A program made the position numbers and the translations under genes. DNA of 64,000 nucleotides from Macrostomum lignano (taxonomy: Eukaryota): contig NIVC01000137.1 in NCBI GenBank assembly GCA_002269645.1, positions 558,001 to 622,000 on the forward strand, in the 5' to 3' direction. Position 1 is the first letter of the stretch. The number at the start of each line of letters is the position of its first letter. Shown here one piece after another: positions 35,864 to 47,084 of the stretch. Below the pieces are notes generated by a model. It worked only from the letters and a program-made list of their open reading frames with translations, was not told where the DNA came from and made no database searches.

Positions 35864-38800
35864 ATGACTAAGCTCCACGCTGCCAAAGGAGCGACATTCT
35901 GTCTGCAAATAAATTTACAGCATTGCGTATCTGCGTCAGTAAATCTGATGAAGATTGCTGAGCTGTACAGGCCAGGCCTCATCCTGATCCAGGAACCCTG
36001 GATGCGCAACGGTAAGTTGCCCAACATTCCCTCTGGCTACTCTGATTTTTATGTGTGTGGCCCGGGGAACAGCCGCCCTAGAGCGGCTATCCTCGCTGCT
36101 AGCCATCTCCAGGCTTGGCTGAGGACTGATCTCTCTGATGGAGACCTTTGCGTCATCCAATCTAATCATTTCTCTCCGCGTACGTGTCTTGTTGCCTCGG
36201 TTTATATCCCAGGCGACAGAGACCCTGCTCCCGAGAGTTTACTGCGCCTTGCGCAGTACTGCGAGTCCCAGAACGCTGAGCTGTGCTTAGGGGGCGACCT
36301 CAACGCGCACCACAAGCACTGGGGCAGCAAAGATACCAACACTAGAGGAGAGGAGCTTCTGGCCCTCATCTCTAACACAAACCTCATGCTCTGCAACCGC
36401 GGCAGCACTCCTACCTTTAATAATGGCAGATGGACCGAGGTCCTCGACGCCACACTCGTTACCCCAAGACTCTTTGACAGAGTCAAGGAGTGGAGAGTCT
36501 GGTCTGAGGAGCCCTCCCTGTCTGACCACTGCTTTATCGCCTTTAATATCGCGGACACTAAAACCCAGTCTCCGATCACTTGGAGACGCAATATCCGCAA
36601 CACTGATTGGGCGGCCTACAAGGCTGCCCTTGATCTGCACCTGCAGGAACTCACGGACTTACGTCCGATTGAGACCTGCGAGGATGTGGATCATATGGCT
36701 GAGACGCTGACAGGTTGCATTATTGCAGCCTACGAAGCGGCTTGTCCTGCTCGCGCCTACAGAGGCAAGACCTCGGCGCCGTGGTGGAACCCGGAGCTGG
36801 GGAAACTCAGGCGGAAGGCCAAAAGCCTTCATCGCCGTGCCATGAAGACCGGAAACCCGGAGGACATGGAGCTTTTCCGGCAAGCCTCCCGCAATTTCAA
36901 ATCTGAAGTGCGCAAGGCCAAGGAATGTAAGTGGCGCCAATTCTGCAATGAATTGGATCAAGACAGACCTACTTCTAGGCTTGTCAAGGCCCTTACAATG
37001 GACAAAATGTCCAAATTAGCCATGATAAAAAAGATGATGGCTCTCTTACTAAAGACCCTGAAGAAGTGCTTCAGCATATGCTTAGCACATTCTTCCCGAG
37101 GGTACCTACTGCTAGACCGGAGCCCAACCATTCGATGGATGGAGCCACCCTAGCGGCGGGCATTGTCACTGAAGACCTAATCGCTCGTGCGGTCAGAACC
37201 TTCAAACCCTTCAAATCTCCTGGACCTGATGGTATCTACCCTGTTCTCCTTCGTGAAGCAGCCAAGATACCCTCGTTCCTGAGACTCACCCGCAATCTTA
37301 TGCGGGCCTCTATCCAGCTGGGATACGTTCCCAAAAGCTGGACTGAAGCTCGAGTAGTCTTTATTCCCAAACCTGGGAAGGGTGACTACCAAAGCGTCAA
37401 GGCCTTCCGGCCAATTAGCTTAACGTCAGCAATGCTTAAGCTCACTGAGAGGCTTATTCTCTGGCGGCTGCTCTCCTGCGAGCTGACAGCGATGCCCCTC
37501 AGCAATAATCAGCACGCCTTCCGTACCGGGAGGTCGACTGACAGCGCCCTGCATGCGATTGTCGAAAAGATTGAACGGGCGGTACTGGGTGACGGTTACG
37601 CCCTGGCTCTCTTTCTTGACATTGTTGGCGCCTTCGACAACGTTATCTTTGAAGCGTTTCAGAGGGCCCTTCAAAATCGCAAAGCTCATGCTACCCTCAT
37701 ACGGTGGATCATGTACATGATCTCCAACCGTACGGTCACTGCCCAACTTCTTGGGCAAACTGCCTCCACCAGAGTCTGTAAGGGTGGACCCCAAGGCGGA
37801 GTCCTCACCCCGACGCTCTGGAACCTGGTCATGGACGCTCTTCTGAGTGACTCCCGACCTGACCCCGTCTTCAAAGTCGGGTATGCTGATGACGTCACGG
37901 CCATTGTGGCAGGACCGTCTCCCAGCACGCTCAGGGATCTGATGCAGAGCTTTATCCGCAAAGCAGAATCCTGGGCCAATGACAATGGTTTGGAACTCTC
38001 TGAGCCCAAAACCGTTGCCATTATGTTTACCAGCAGACTACGCTGGAACATACGTCCTCTGCAGCTCTACGGCAGAGATATTGCCTTCGCGCACCAGACC
38101 AGATGTCTCGGGGTCACACTTGACCACCGGCTCAACTGGTCCTTCCACGTGAAAGCAAAAGCTAAGCGTGCCTCAGCCATCCTGGCCCAGCTCCGACGAG
38201 CACTTGGCACTTCTTGGGGTCTATCCCCAAAGCGGCTTTGGTGGATCTATACTTCCGTAGTTAGACCTGCCATTACGTACGCCTCTGTTGTCTGGGTTAG
38301 CGCTACCCAGGTCAAAAGCCATGCAGACCTGCTCAACACGATCCAAGGCAGAGCGTGTAGGCTCATCTGCAACGCCACCAGGTCCACGCCCTTTGCTGGC
38401 ATGGGGGCCTTTCTTAATCTTCCGCCTCTTGACCTCTTCATCAGGGGTGAGGCGGCTAGAACGACGCGGCGTCTAATTGATGCCGGCGTCAAATTCATTT
38501 ACATGAGAGCACCTGCTAAGCGGAACCTTGTCCCGCATAGCGATCTGTGCCTCAACTTTCTCAACGAGTGTCAGGCCAATCGCGTCTTCACCGATGGCAT
38601 TGCCTCAACGCTCAACCTGAGACAGCGCTACTCCGTAGCTATCGACTCGCGCGATAACATCAATGACCATTGGAACCCTGGTGAGCTTCATTGCTACACC
38701 GACGGTTCTAAGCAGTCAGCCAACACCGGCTTTGGTGTTGGAATCTTTCTGAACGGGAGGGTCATCGCTACCCACGCTCAATACACTGGGGTCAACTCCA

Positions 38801-39602
38801 GTGTTTTCCAAAATGAAGTTCTGGCCATCAGCTCCTGCACTGCAGAGCTTCTCGCCACTGGCGTTACTGGTAAGAACATCATTTTCCATTCGGACAGCCA
38901 AGCTGCCTTGCACGCCATCAGTGGCTGCAGCACCAACTCTGCTACAGTCCTTGACTGTATCAAACTCCTCAATGTGTTGGGTTCCGCCAACAAAATTACC
39001 CTTAAGTGGGTTCCGGGGCATGTGGGGATCCGAGGAAATGAGTTGGCTGACACCCTTGCAAAGTTGGTGCCTCCGGCTCCTCTCTCGGCCCCGAACCTCT
39101 TGTCCCGATTCCTGGCTGTGTCATCGACTCGCGCATCAAAGCGTGGATCAGGACTCAGCACCGCTCGACTTGGGCGAACCGCACGAACTGCAGGCAATCC
39201 AGAGGCGCTGTCCCTCAGCCCTCTCACCAGCTCCGGAAGCTCCTCTTGCGCCTCTCGCGCAGAGACATCCGGGCTGCCACCATGACCCTCTCTGGTCACG
39301 GCTGCTTCTCCAGGCACCAGTACCTGCAGGGCAACGCCACCAACGCCACCTGTAGTTTCTGCAACTCAGGTGACGAAACCGCTGAGCATTTCGTCAGCAT
39401 CTGTCCCGCCTTCACGCGGGCCAGACTCACTTACCTCGGGCCACACACATCTATTACTGAAGCGTGCAAACCCGAAAACTTTAATCAGCTCATGCGCTAC
39501 CTTCGGGCCACCCGCAGGGCTGAACTCTCCTTTCCAGAGAGCACCATAGCTGCTGGCGACACTGGGGGACCTCCCTGGGCGGCGCCAACCCTCCGTCCAT
39601 AG
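35864..39602 (+). CDS. Retrotransposon ORF2: AP endonuclease, reverse transcriptase, RNase H, CCHC finger (two apparent -1 frameshifts)
   Basis: APE: QINLQH, LIQEPW, GGDLNAHH, SDHCFI. RT: KSPGPDG, FRPISL, QHAFR, LDIVGAFD, GGPQGGVL, YADD. RNase H: YTDGSK, QNEVLAI, SDSQAAL, WVPGH, GNELAD. CSFC...ETAEHFVSICP. Frame shifts at ~37030 and ~39066. Confidence 0.92.
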
Positions 39603-39689
39603 CGACGCGTCGGCCGTTCAGGGACTAGCGGAATGGGCGCCCGCGCCTTCCCGCTGTGTCCCCTCCGGGACAGCCCTGCAGCTAAGTCA

Positions 39690-39912
39690 AGTGTCTGCCT
39701 GTCCTTGTGTCTGTCTCAGTATCTGTCCCAGTGTCTGCCTGTCCTTGTGTCTGTCTCAGTATCTGTCCCAGTTTCTGCCTGTCCTTGTGTCTGTCTCAGT
39801 ATCTGTCCCAGTGTCTGCCTGTCCTTGTGTCTGTCTCAGTATCTGTCCCAGTGTCTGCCTGTCCTTGTGTCTGTCTCAGTATCTGTCTTTCCCAGTGTCT
39901 GCCTTTCCTAGT
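39690..39912. repeat. Continuation of the satellite as a 40-bp variant
   Basis: Units read ...ATCTGTCCCAGT (TTTC missing) for four copies, then a 44-bp unit and decay. Confidence 0.95.
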
Positions 39913-40779
39913 GTCTGTCGCGGTATGTCTTTTCCTGTGTGTGTCTGTCCTAATTTATTTTTCCCTAGCCTCGGTATTTCACCCCATTTATTCTTTTCTA
40001 GCTGTCTTACTTGTGCTCTTTATCCGTCTCAGTTTCTCATTATTACCTGTCTGTCTGTCATTCTCCCCCAGCAAATTATTAACTTCGAGGTCGCAGTATT
40101 AATCCAAAGTTAACCATGCCTTATCCCAATCAAAGCATCAGTCACACACGAAACCGGCTTGCATCCAATGACTGGGAGCAGCTACCTCAGTGTATTTGCT
40201 TTGCTCTTATCAGCAAAATGTGGACTTGCGGCCTGTCTTTCGGAAAGGGCTCGACTTCTTTTGTAAACAAGCACATGCGCACACACTCACACTGCCCTAG
40301 GAGAAAATGAAAGGCGAAACGAAGAAAGCGACAGGAAGTGAAGAAAAAATAGCGAACGGGAGCGGCTGAGCCTGATGCTGGGAGTCTCAAAGCCTAACAT
40401 GTAATCAGCCGGGAACAACACGCATTCAACCGATGTTAAAAATCTTTTCTTACTTTGACTTTTGCTCGCCAATTTTTTTCGATCATTCACTCTTCTGAAA
40501 AGTCAGGGCATCAGGTGGCCTAAGTAAGTTGCCATGGAGTTTACAAAACCAAAATCTGGCTAGGAAATCAAGGTTTTTCTACATTGAACCAGTTCGATAT
40601 GTATGAGCAAATCAGATTAAAGAATTGTTTAATTTAAACTGGACATACAAGACTAAGAATTTGTTGAAATATTCACTGACACTTTTTTTCGATTTTTTAC
40701 TTACGCTCGTATCAATACTTTGACCATGAAACGGCTCAGAATCTCGTGGTTTTGGTTGACAAAGAACAAATAAGACAAA

Positions 40780-41020
40780 TCTCTCCTAATACTAAAAGTG
40801 GTGCGATGTTTGTCTGTCTGTATGTAGTAAGTGAACTCCTACAATTCTGCCAAGTCAGCGTCGAAACTTATATGGGAAAACTGCAAATTTTCCGGAGCAG
40901 GCTTTAGGCTATTTTAATTTTTATTTAATAATAAAAAAATTGACTTGCAATGCATTTTTGTGAAAGACTGCTGAAATCAATCTCATACCTAGCCATAGAC
41001 AAACAACTCATTTTTAGTAT
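40780..41020 (+). mobile_element. 5' portion of a Helitron-like non-autonomous element
   Basis: A|TCTCTCCTAATACTAAAAG...TGTTTGTCTGTCTGTATG resembles typical Helitron-N 5' ends. 3' end not clear. Confidence 0.4.
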
Positions 41021-41026
41021 ATTGGA

Positions 41027-41836
41027 CTAGCAATCAACGCCCCCCCCCGTTGGGGAGCCAACGAAGAATGGAAAAGTTTTTTTGAATAAACTACAGCTTT
41101 TAACGCCTCAGCCTTGACATCTCAGCAATTCCCCCCGTCAGCCTTGACATCTCAGCAATTCCCCCCGTCAGCCTTGACATCTCAGCAATTCCCCCCGTCA
41201 GCCTTGACATCTCAGCAATTCCCCCAGTAAGCCTTGACATCTCACAATTCCCTCCGTCAGCCTTGACATCTCAGCAATTCCCTCCGTCAGCCTTGACATC
41301 TCAGCAATCCTCCCGTCAGCCTTGACGTCTCAGCAATCCCCCCGTCAGCCCTGACATCTTGAATCGCTTTGCAGTTTGAAAAAACTCCGGTTACAACTCC
41401 AGTTGTTTAGTTAACTTGGCGCAACTTTTCCGAACTCGCCAGCTTCGTTGCAACCCTTGCCCGGAAAATATTCCCTCGAGGCAATGCGAGCTGCTGCCTG
41501 CTGCTGTTCTGTTTAACAACCTTCGTCTGGTGGTGCAAGCAAGGTTTTCTAAGAATCAAGCCGTGTTGAAAATCAGCAACGTGCATGGACGACACGGCTG
41601 CTCGTTAACGCTTCGCTACTAGGAGCTAGGTGGCTGCTTCGGGTCTGATGAAACAAATGATGAAGAGAAAAATCTCTACAAATCTGAAAGGATTTTCCAG
41701 TTTTTCGGCTACAATTTTGCTTTGCATTCGAAAGTTCTGGCTTATTTCAGATGTTCGATACGGAGTGCTTAATATGCATATTGAGACTTTTAGTGCTGAT
41801 TTTGATGCATAAAGAAATATATATAATTATAGAGGA
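41027..41836 (-). mobile_element. Helitron-like element (minus strand) carrying a 30-bp minisatellite
   Basis: Minus-strand CTAG|T at 41030-41026; perfect hairpin CGTTGG-ggag-CCAACG (41048-41063) 17 nt inside it; tentative TC/TATA-rich 5' end near 41836. Confidence 0.6.
41108..41360. repeat. 30-bp minisatellite (CAGCCTTGACATCTCAGCAATTCCCCCCGT)
   Basis: About 8 copies. Confidence 0.95.
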
Positions 41837-41859
41837 ATCATACAAAGGAAACAAAATCA

Positions 41860-42130
41860 TATTGAGGTTAAGAAGTAAGAGGGAGATAGTGAGATGCGAG
41901 TACACAATAAGAAAGAGAGACATGAAGAGAAGGAGAGAGGGAGAGAGGGAGACAGGGAGAGAGAGGGAGGCAGGGAAAGAGGGAGGCAGGGAGAGAGGGA
42001 GCTAAGAAGAGGGGAATAAAGTGCGAGGGAGCGAGCTACTGAGAGAAGATGGAGAAAGGAAGGGTCGGTAAGGAGATTAAAAGAAAGCGGAGAGGACAAG
42101 AGAAGAGCCCAATAAAAAGAGAGAAACAAA
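41860..42130. repeat. GA-rich low-complexity tract
   Basis: Direct reading. Confidence 0.85.
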
Positions 42131-43426
42131 AGCAGATCTTAGCGGAGACTTTCTCAATTTCACCAAGCTATTGCAAAGTCTAATAGAAATCCATCACTGC
42201 TAAAAAACAGTTTCTTTAGAACCGGTTGCGTCATAAAAGCCTTTTCACGCGTGTAGATTTTCGCGCTCAAAAGCAGTCTGTGAACAGATTTGGCCTCTGA
42301 GCAGACAGGCACCATGTATAACAAAGGCTAAGAATGGAAAATAATACGCAGCATTAATGGCGAAGATGCATCAAGGCTTTAGCAGAGATTAGAGCGCACT
42401 GAACCGCAACCAGTGCCAGATCCAGAGCATCCGATTCGCATAAAGACAGTCGAACGAATGTGGCTGAAGGTGAACACATAGAGGACCGCGTGTTATTTTG
42501 CGCCTGGCATCACACACAGAGACCGCTCTCGGGATTCTTCGAATTCCCTCCTGCCATGCTCGTCTTTAACGCAAGCAAAGCATCTGTTTGAGCGCTTTTC
42601 TGTTAACACAGCCATCGGCTTCAAAGCGGACAAGGGAAGCCCTCTGATCAGCGATCGTGTGGCTCTCATGCTTCGAAGCGAATGCTAAGCATTAATTAGG
42701 ATAAGGGCTGGGGACACTGCGACGGAGGGAAGGGATGAGAAGGCGATACAAAGACTCCGCCCATATATTTGCAGTCATGCTTCTTCCTCTGCTCTCCCGT
42801 CTCCTCTTCCCATCTCCTCACCACACGCGGCCGTCTCAGGTTCGTTGGCGGTTTCCCCCAGTTTTTTGTGTCATTGTTATTACGCAACCTCGAACACTCC
42901 CCGTCCATACAGGAGGACCTAAGAAGGCTTATTGAAGGTTTTGCTCAGTTAATAAATACAAACTCGAGCTGTAGTTTGAGACAGGAAATAGATGACCTGC
43001 ATTGGAGTTTGCTGTGGAGCAGCAACTAAAAAAGTTGGCTGATGAGTGAAAGTTGATTACAGATGCAGTGAAAGTTTTGAAACGGCGAAGCTCGCGTAAG
43101 ATAATAAGATGAGCACAAGTTTAGGATAAAATGTGGCATCCTTGAACCAGAAACTACACTTTCTACCCCCGCACAGCAATTAAGAGAGCTTTGGTCTCGC
43201 AATTCAGTCCTCATTGTTTCTTAGGTCAGCTAATCTAAGTGACAGGGTGCACTTTAATTCTGGGATCAAAGTTTCCAGGACATCATTTCCGGTTGAGTAG
43301 AAATGACCTCGCTTTGTAGAGTTCTCTACTCTTTGTCTCCAGTGTCTCGGTGCTAAAGATTTGGTGCTCAAGACTAAAAACTTTGTCCACAATTCTGAAT
43401 AAAGCTTCTTAACATTTGAAAATGAA

Positions 43427-43740
43427 GACCGTTGTAGCCTAATAGGTTAGAGCGTCGGACTCAGGACTGAAAGGTCGGGGTTCGATTCTCGACGACCCAC
43501 TCGGAAAAATTTGTGTCCTTGAGCAAGACACTTAACTCTGCATTGCTGCAGTTCACCCAGCGGTAAAATGGGTGCCAGCATTAGCTGGGGTAATTGAGGG
43601 TATGTGTGGCGACCCCCCAGTCCTTGGACTGAACAGCCGTACGCAGTCTTCAGATGCACCGCGCAATAGCTGCGGCTGAGCTGTCGGTTGTACATCTGTC
43701 CACTGGGGCAGGTGTACTCAATGATGATTATTATTATTTG
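43427..43740 (+). mobile_element. Full-length tRNA-derived CORE-type SINE
   Basis: Pol III A box TAGCCTAATAGG and B box GGTTCGATTC; MIR-CORE-like GTGTCCTTGAGCAAGACACTTAAC...CAGCGGTAAAATGGG; (ATT)n tail; two more copies in the window. Confidence 0.88.
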
Positions 43741-44644
43741 TTTTTTTAAATAGTCGGCAAACATTAAACTTCGAGCTTGATTCAGATTGTGTTGTGTTGG
43801 CTTGATGCCACGCACTAACTAACAAAGCAAACCCATTGAGTTGATGAAGCTATTAGCCAAATCCTTAGTTTAGGAAGTAGACAGTAGGTGTAGACCAGAG
43901 ACTCGAGACTAATTGCCTTCTTGAGAAGGCGTCGCAAAAAAGCAGAGAGGAAAACAATGTATCGCTTGCTAGATTGACATTCGTCCATGCTAGTATAGAA
44001 GAGATTTTCAACTCGAAAAGCATGCAGAGTGGCTTTGGCCTCTCTTTGGCTAAACTGTGCATTTTTAACAGTCCTGTCATAACTTGCAATGCAAGCCTCT
44101 AATTACTGCACTCGAAACTAACACAAAGGCGAAACCAGGGTCTGTAATGGAAGATATGTATGAGTGGTCTGGCTCTGATGTGCTACAGAGGACCCCTTCA
44201 ACTTGTTTGTACACAAAATTGTCGGACCACTTGAACAAGATTGAGGCGGGGTTTGAGTAGTGTATGGAAGGACTCACCGACCAGCAAACATAGGAAAATA
44301 TCTTTTTTGTTAGATTCAGACTGCTTTTGTTCCAAGAGTGGTCCAAGAGGTTCCCTAGCTAAATCTATTAAACAATTATTGCATTACATGTGCACATAAA
44401 TGTATAATTATACAAACTTATATATCGCTTTGTTGTCAGGGGCATTCCCCACATGTCACTTTGGCGCGGGGCCCACCAACAGAGATAAACACTGAGTAGA
44501 CGGCGCCACGAGACAGATGAGATATTTGTGGGTTCATGAGCCGCTTAGCCAAGGTGAACTTAAACCAGAATCTGGAGCACCAACAACTCCTTTTTCAGCC
44601 ACTAATGAAGCCATCAGCTAGTACTGGCGCCCCTTGATCTCGCA

Positions 44645-44990
44645 ATCATCTATGGGATGATGACTATCATCTATGGGATGATGAGTATCATCTATGGGAT
44701 GATGACTATCATCTATGGGATGATGACTATCATCTATGGGATGATGACTATCATCAATGGGATGATGACTATCATCAATGGGATGATGACTATCATCAAT
44801 GGGATGATGACTATCATCTATGGGATGATGACTATCACTTATCATTATCTACAATCATCTATGGGATGATGACTATCATTATATACAATCATCTATGGGA
44901 TGATGACTATCATCTATGGGATGATGACTATCATTTATGGGATGATAACTATCATCATCAGCTATCATCAATGGGATGATGACTATCACA
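44645..44990. repeat. 21-bp minisatellite with internal palindrome (GACTATCATCTATGGGATGAT)
   Basis: Direct reading. Confidence 0.95.
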
Positions 44991-45484
44991 ATCAACAATA
45001 ATGTATTCGATGACTATCATGATTATCTTAGATTCAGAGGCAACTTCTCCAATGAGCTCCTGGCGACAGCTCTGAGAAAAAAGCTGGGGAAAGTCAGAAA
45101 TCCGATGGCATTTCGCATTGGATAAAGTAATTCACTTTCAGCACGCCACAGTTGCTCTCTCTGCTCTTGAAGAAGATTTGTCAAATTGCATTGACCCTCT
45201 GCTTCTCTCTGTCGGTCTGATCAGTTTGAAAGGGGACTTGCAGAATGCAGCTGAGTGAAGCTGAGAGCTAAGGTGGTGAGGCAAGGCAGAGAGCTCCATC
45301 TCTCTGTGCCCCTACTCAATTCAATTTGCAGCACTGGCTCATTCTCTATACATATATGGGCCTTGAATCTGAGTCCTCTTGTGGCTCGGAATGTGCCCGA
45401 TTCTTTTTTGGAAGCAGAAATTCCACTGAGGCTTAGACTCTCATAATGGATTGGATGGAAGGAAAACATCTAAACAGAAAATAG

Positions 45485-46520
45485 ATAAGAGAGTGAACAG
45501 AATGATAAAAGAGTGAACAGAGCGATAAGAGAGTGAACAGAGTGATAAGAGAGTGAACAGATTGATAAGAGAGTGAACAGATTGATAAGAGAGTGAACAG
45601 ACTGATAAGAGAGTGACCAGATTGATAAGAGAGTGAACAGACTGATAAGAGAGTGACAAGGTTGATAAGAAAGTGAACAGAGTGATAAGAGAGTGAACAG
45701 ACTGATAAGAAAGTGAACAGAGTGATAAGAGAGTGGCCAGATTGATAAGAGAGCGACCAAATTGATAAAATAGTGAACAGACTGATAAGAGAGTGAACAG
45801 ACTGATAAGAGAGTGAACAGACTGATAAGAGAGTGAACAGACTGATAAGAGAGTGAACAGACTGATAAGAGAGTGAACAGACTGATAAGAGAGTGAACAG
45901 ATTGATAAGAGAGTGAACAGATTGATAAGAGAGTGAACAGACTGATAAGAGAGTGACCAGATTGATAAGAGAGTGAACAGACTGATAAGAGAGTGACAAG
46001 GTTGATAAGAAAGTGAACAGAGTGATAAGAGAGTGAACAGACTGATAAGAAAGTGAACAGAGTGATAAGAGAGTGGCCAGATTGATAAGAGAGCGACCAA
46101 ATTGATAAAATAGTGAACAGACTGATAAGAGAGTGAACAGACTGATAAGAGAGTGAACAGACTGATAAGAGAGTGAACAGACTGATAAGAGAGTGAACAG
46201 ATTGATAAGAGAGTGAACAGATTGATAAGAGAGTGAACAGATTGATAAGAGAGTGAACAGACTGATAAGAGAGTGAACAGACTGATAAGAGAGTGAACAG
46301 ACTGATAAGAGAGTGAACAGATTGATAAGAGAGTGAACAGACTGATAAGAGAGTGAACAGACTGATAAGAGAGTGAACAGATTGAAAAGAGAGTGAACAG
46401 ACTGATAAGAGAGTGAACAGACTGATAAGAGAGTGAACAGACTGATAAGAGAGTGAGCAGACTGATAAGAGAGTGAACAGACTGATAAGAGAGTGAACAG
46501 AGTGAAAGGAGAGTGAACAG
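45485..46520. repeat. 20-bp minisatellite (GAGTGAACAGACTGATAAGA)
   Basis: Direct reading; a variant block recurs with 340-bp period (45611 and 45951). Confidence 0.97.
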
Positions 46521-47084
46521 ACAGTAAATTACGGGGCAAAGGGCTGTCTGCAACAAGCGGATGCAGCGATAAATAATGACTGAACTAACCAAAATTAGCT
46601 CCCGGTGCCTCCTAAAAAGGAAGTCAGAAAGCGCGAAGCCCCGCTAATGGAGCCCTGAACCCGATCAATTGCCATTAGTCTCGTCTAGGGAAGAATCGGT
46701 GCAGCAATTTTCACCTGTTCTTCTTCTTCTTTTTCTTCTACCCTTCGCATCGCTCAAATTGTCGACTCGTGCCAAGACTAAATCACACCGCTAGGCAAGA
46801 AAAAAATCCCGACTATGAAAAATGAACGAAGAATTCGTCCAGTTTATTATGTATGGCAGTTAAAGACAGGTAGGTGAATGGGCTGCTACAGGAAAAGGTA
46901 GATTTGTTGTCTAATTGTGTTCAGACTGTAATCGGTCTGGCGGCGAACGGCCCCCCTCAAGGTTCTACACAAAAATTGCACGTCTGTCAAAACTAAATGA
47001 TGGCGGTGACCAAGCTCAACGAATGACACGGGAGCTCAACTTTGCCACCTTTTGGATGTGGCGTCCATTGGCCTGAAAGACAGA

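Larger units (their letters stand above)
33800..39689 (+). mobile_element. Full-length non-LTR retrotransposon, LOA/R1-like (ORF1; APE-RT-RNase H-CCHC), inserted in the 44-bp satellite
   Basis: Satellite sequence on both sides, with AGTGT at 33797-33801 and 39690-39694. Two-ORF layout with domain motifs as listed below. No poly-A; ends in TAAGTCA(AGT). Confidence 0.93.

Noticed and set aside
43427-43500. tRNA gene
   Set aside because: No closing acceptor stem; continues into a SINE body present three times.
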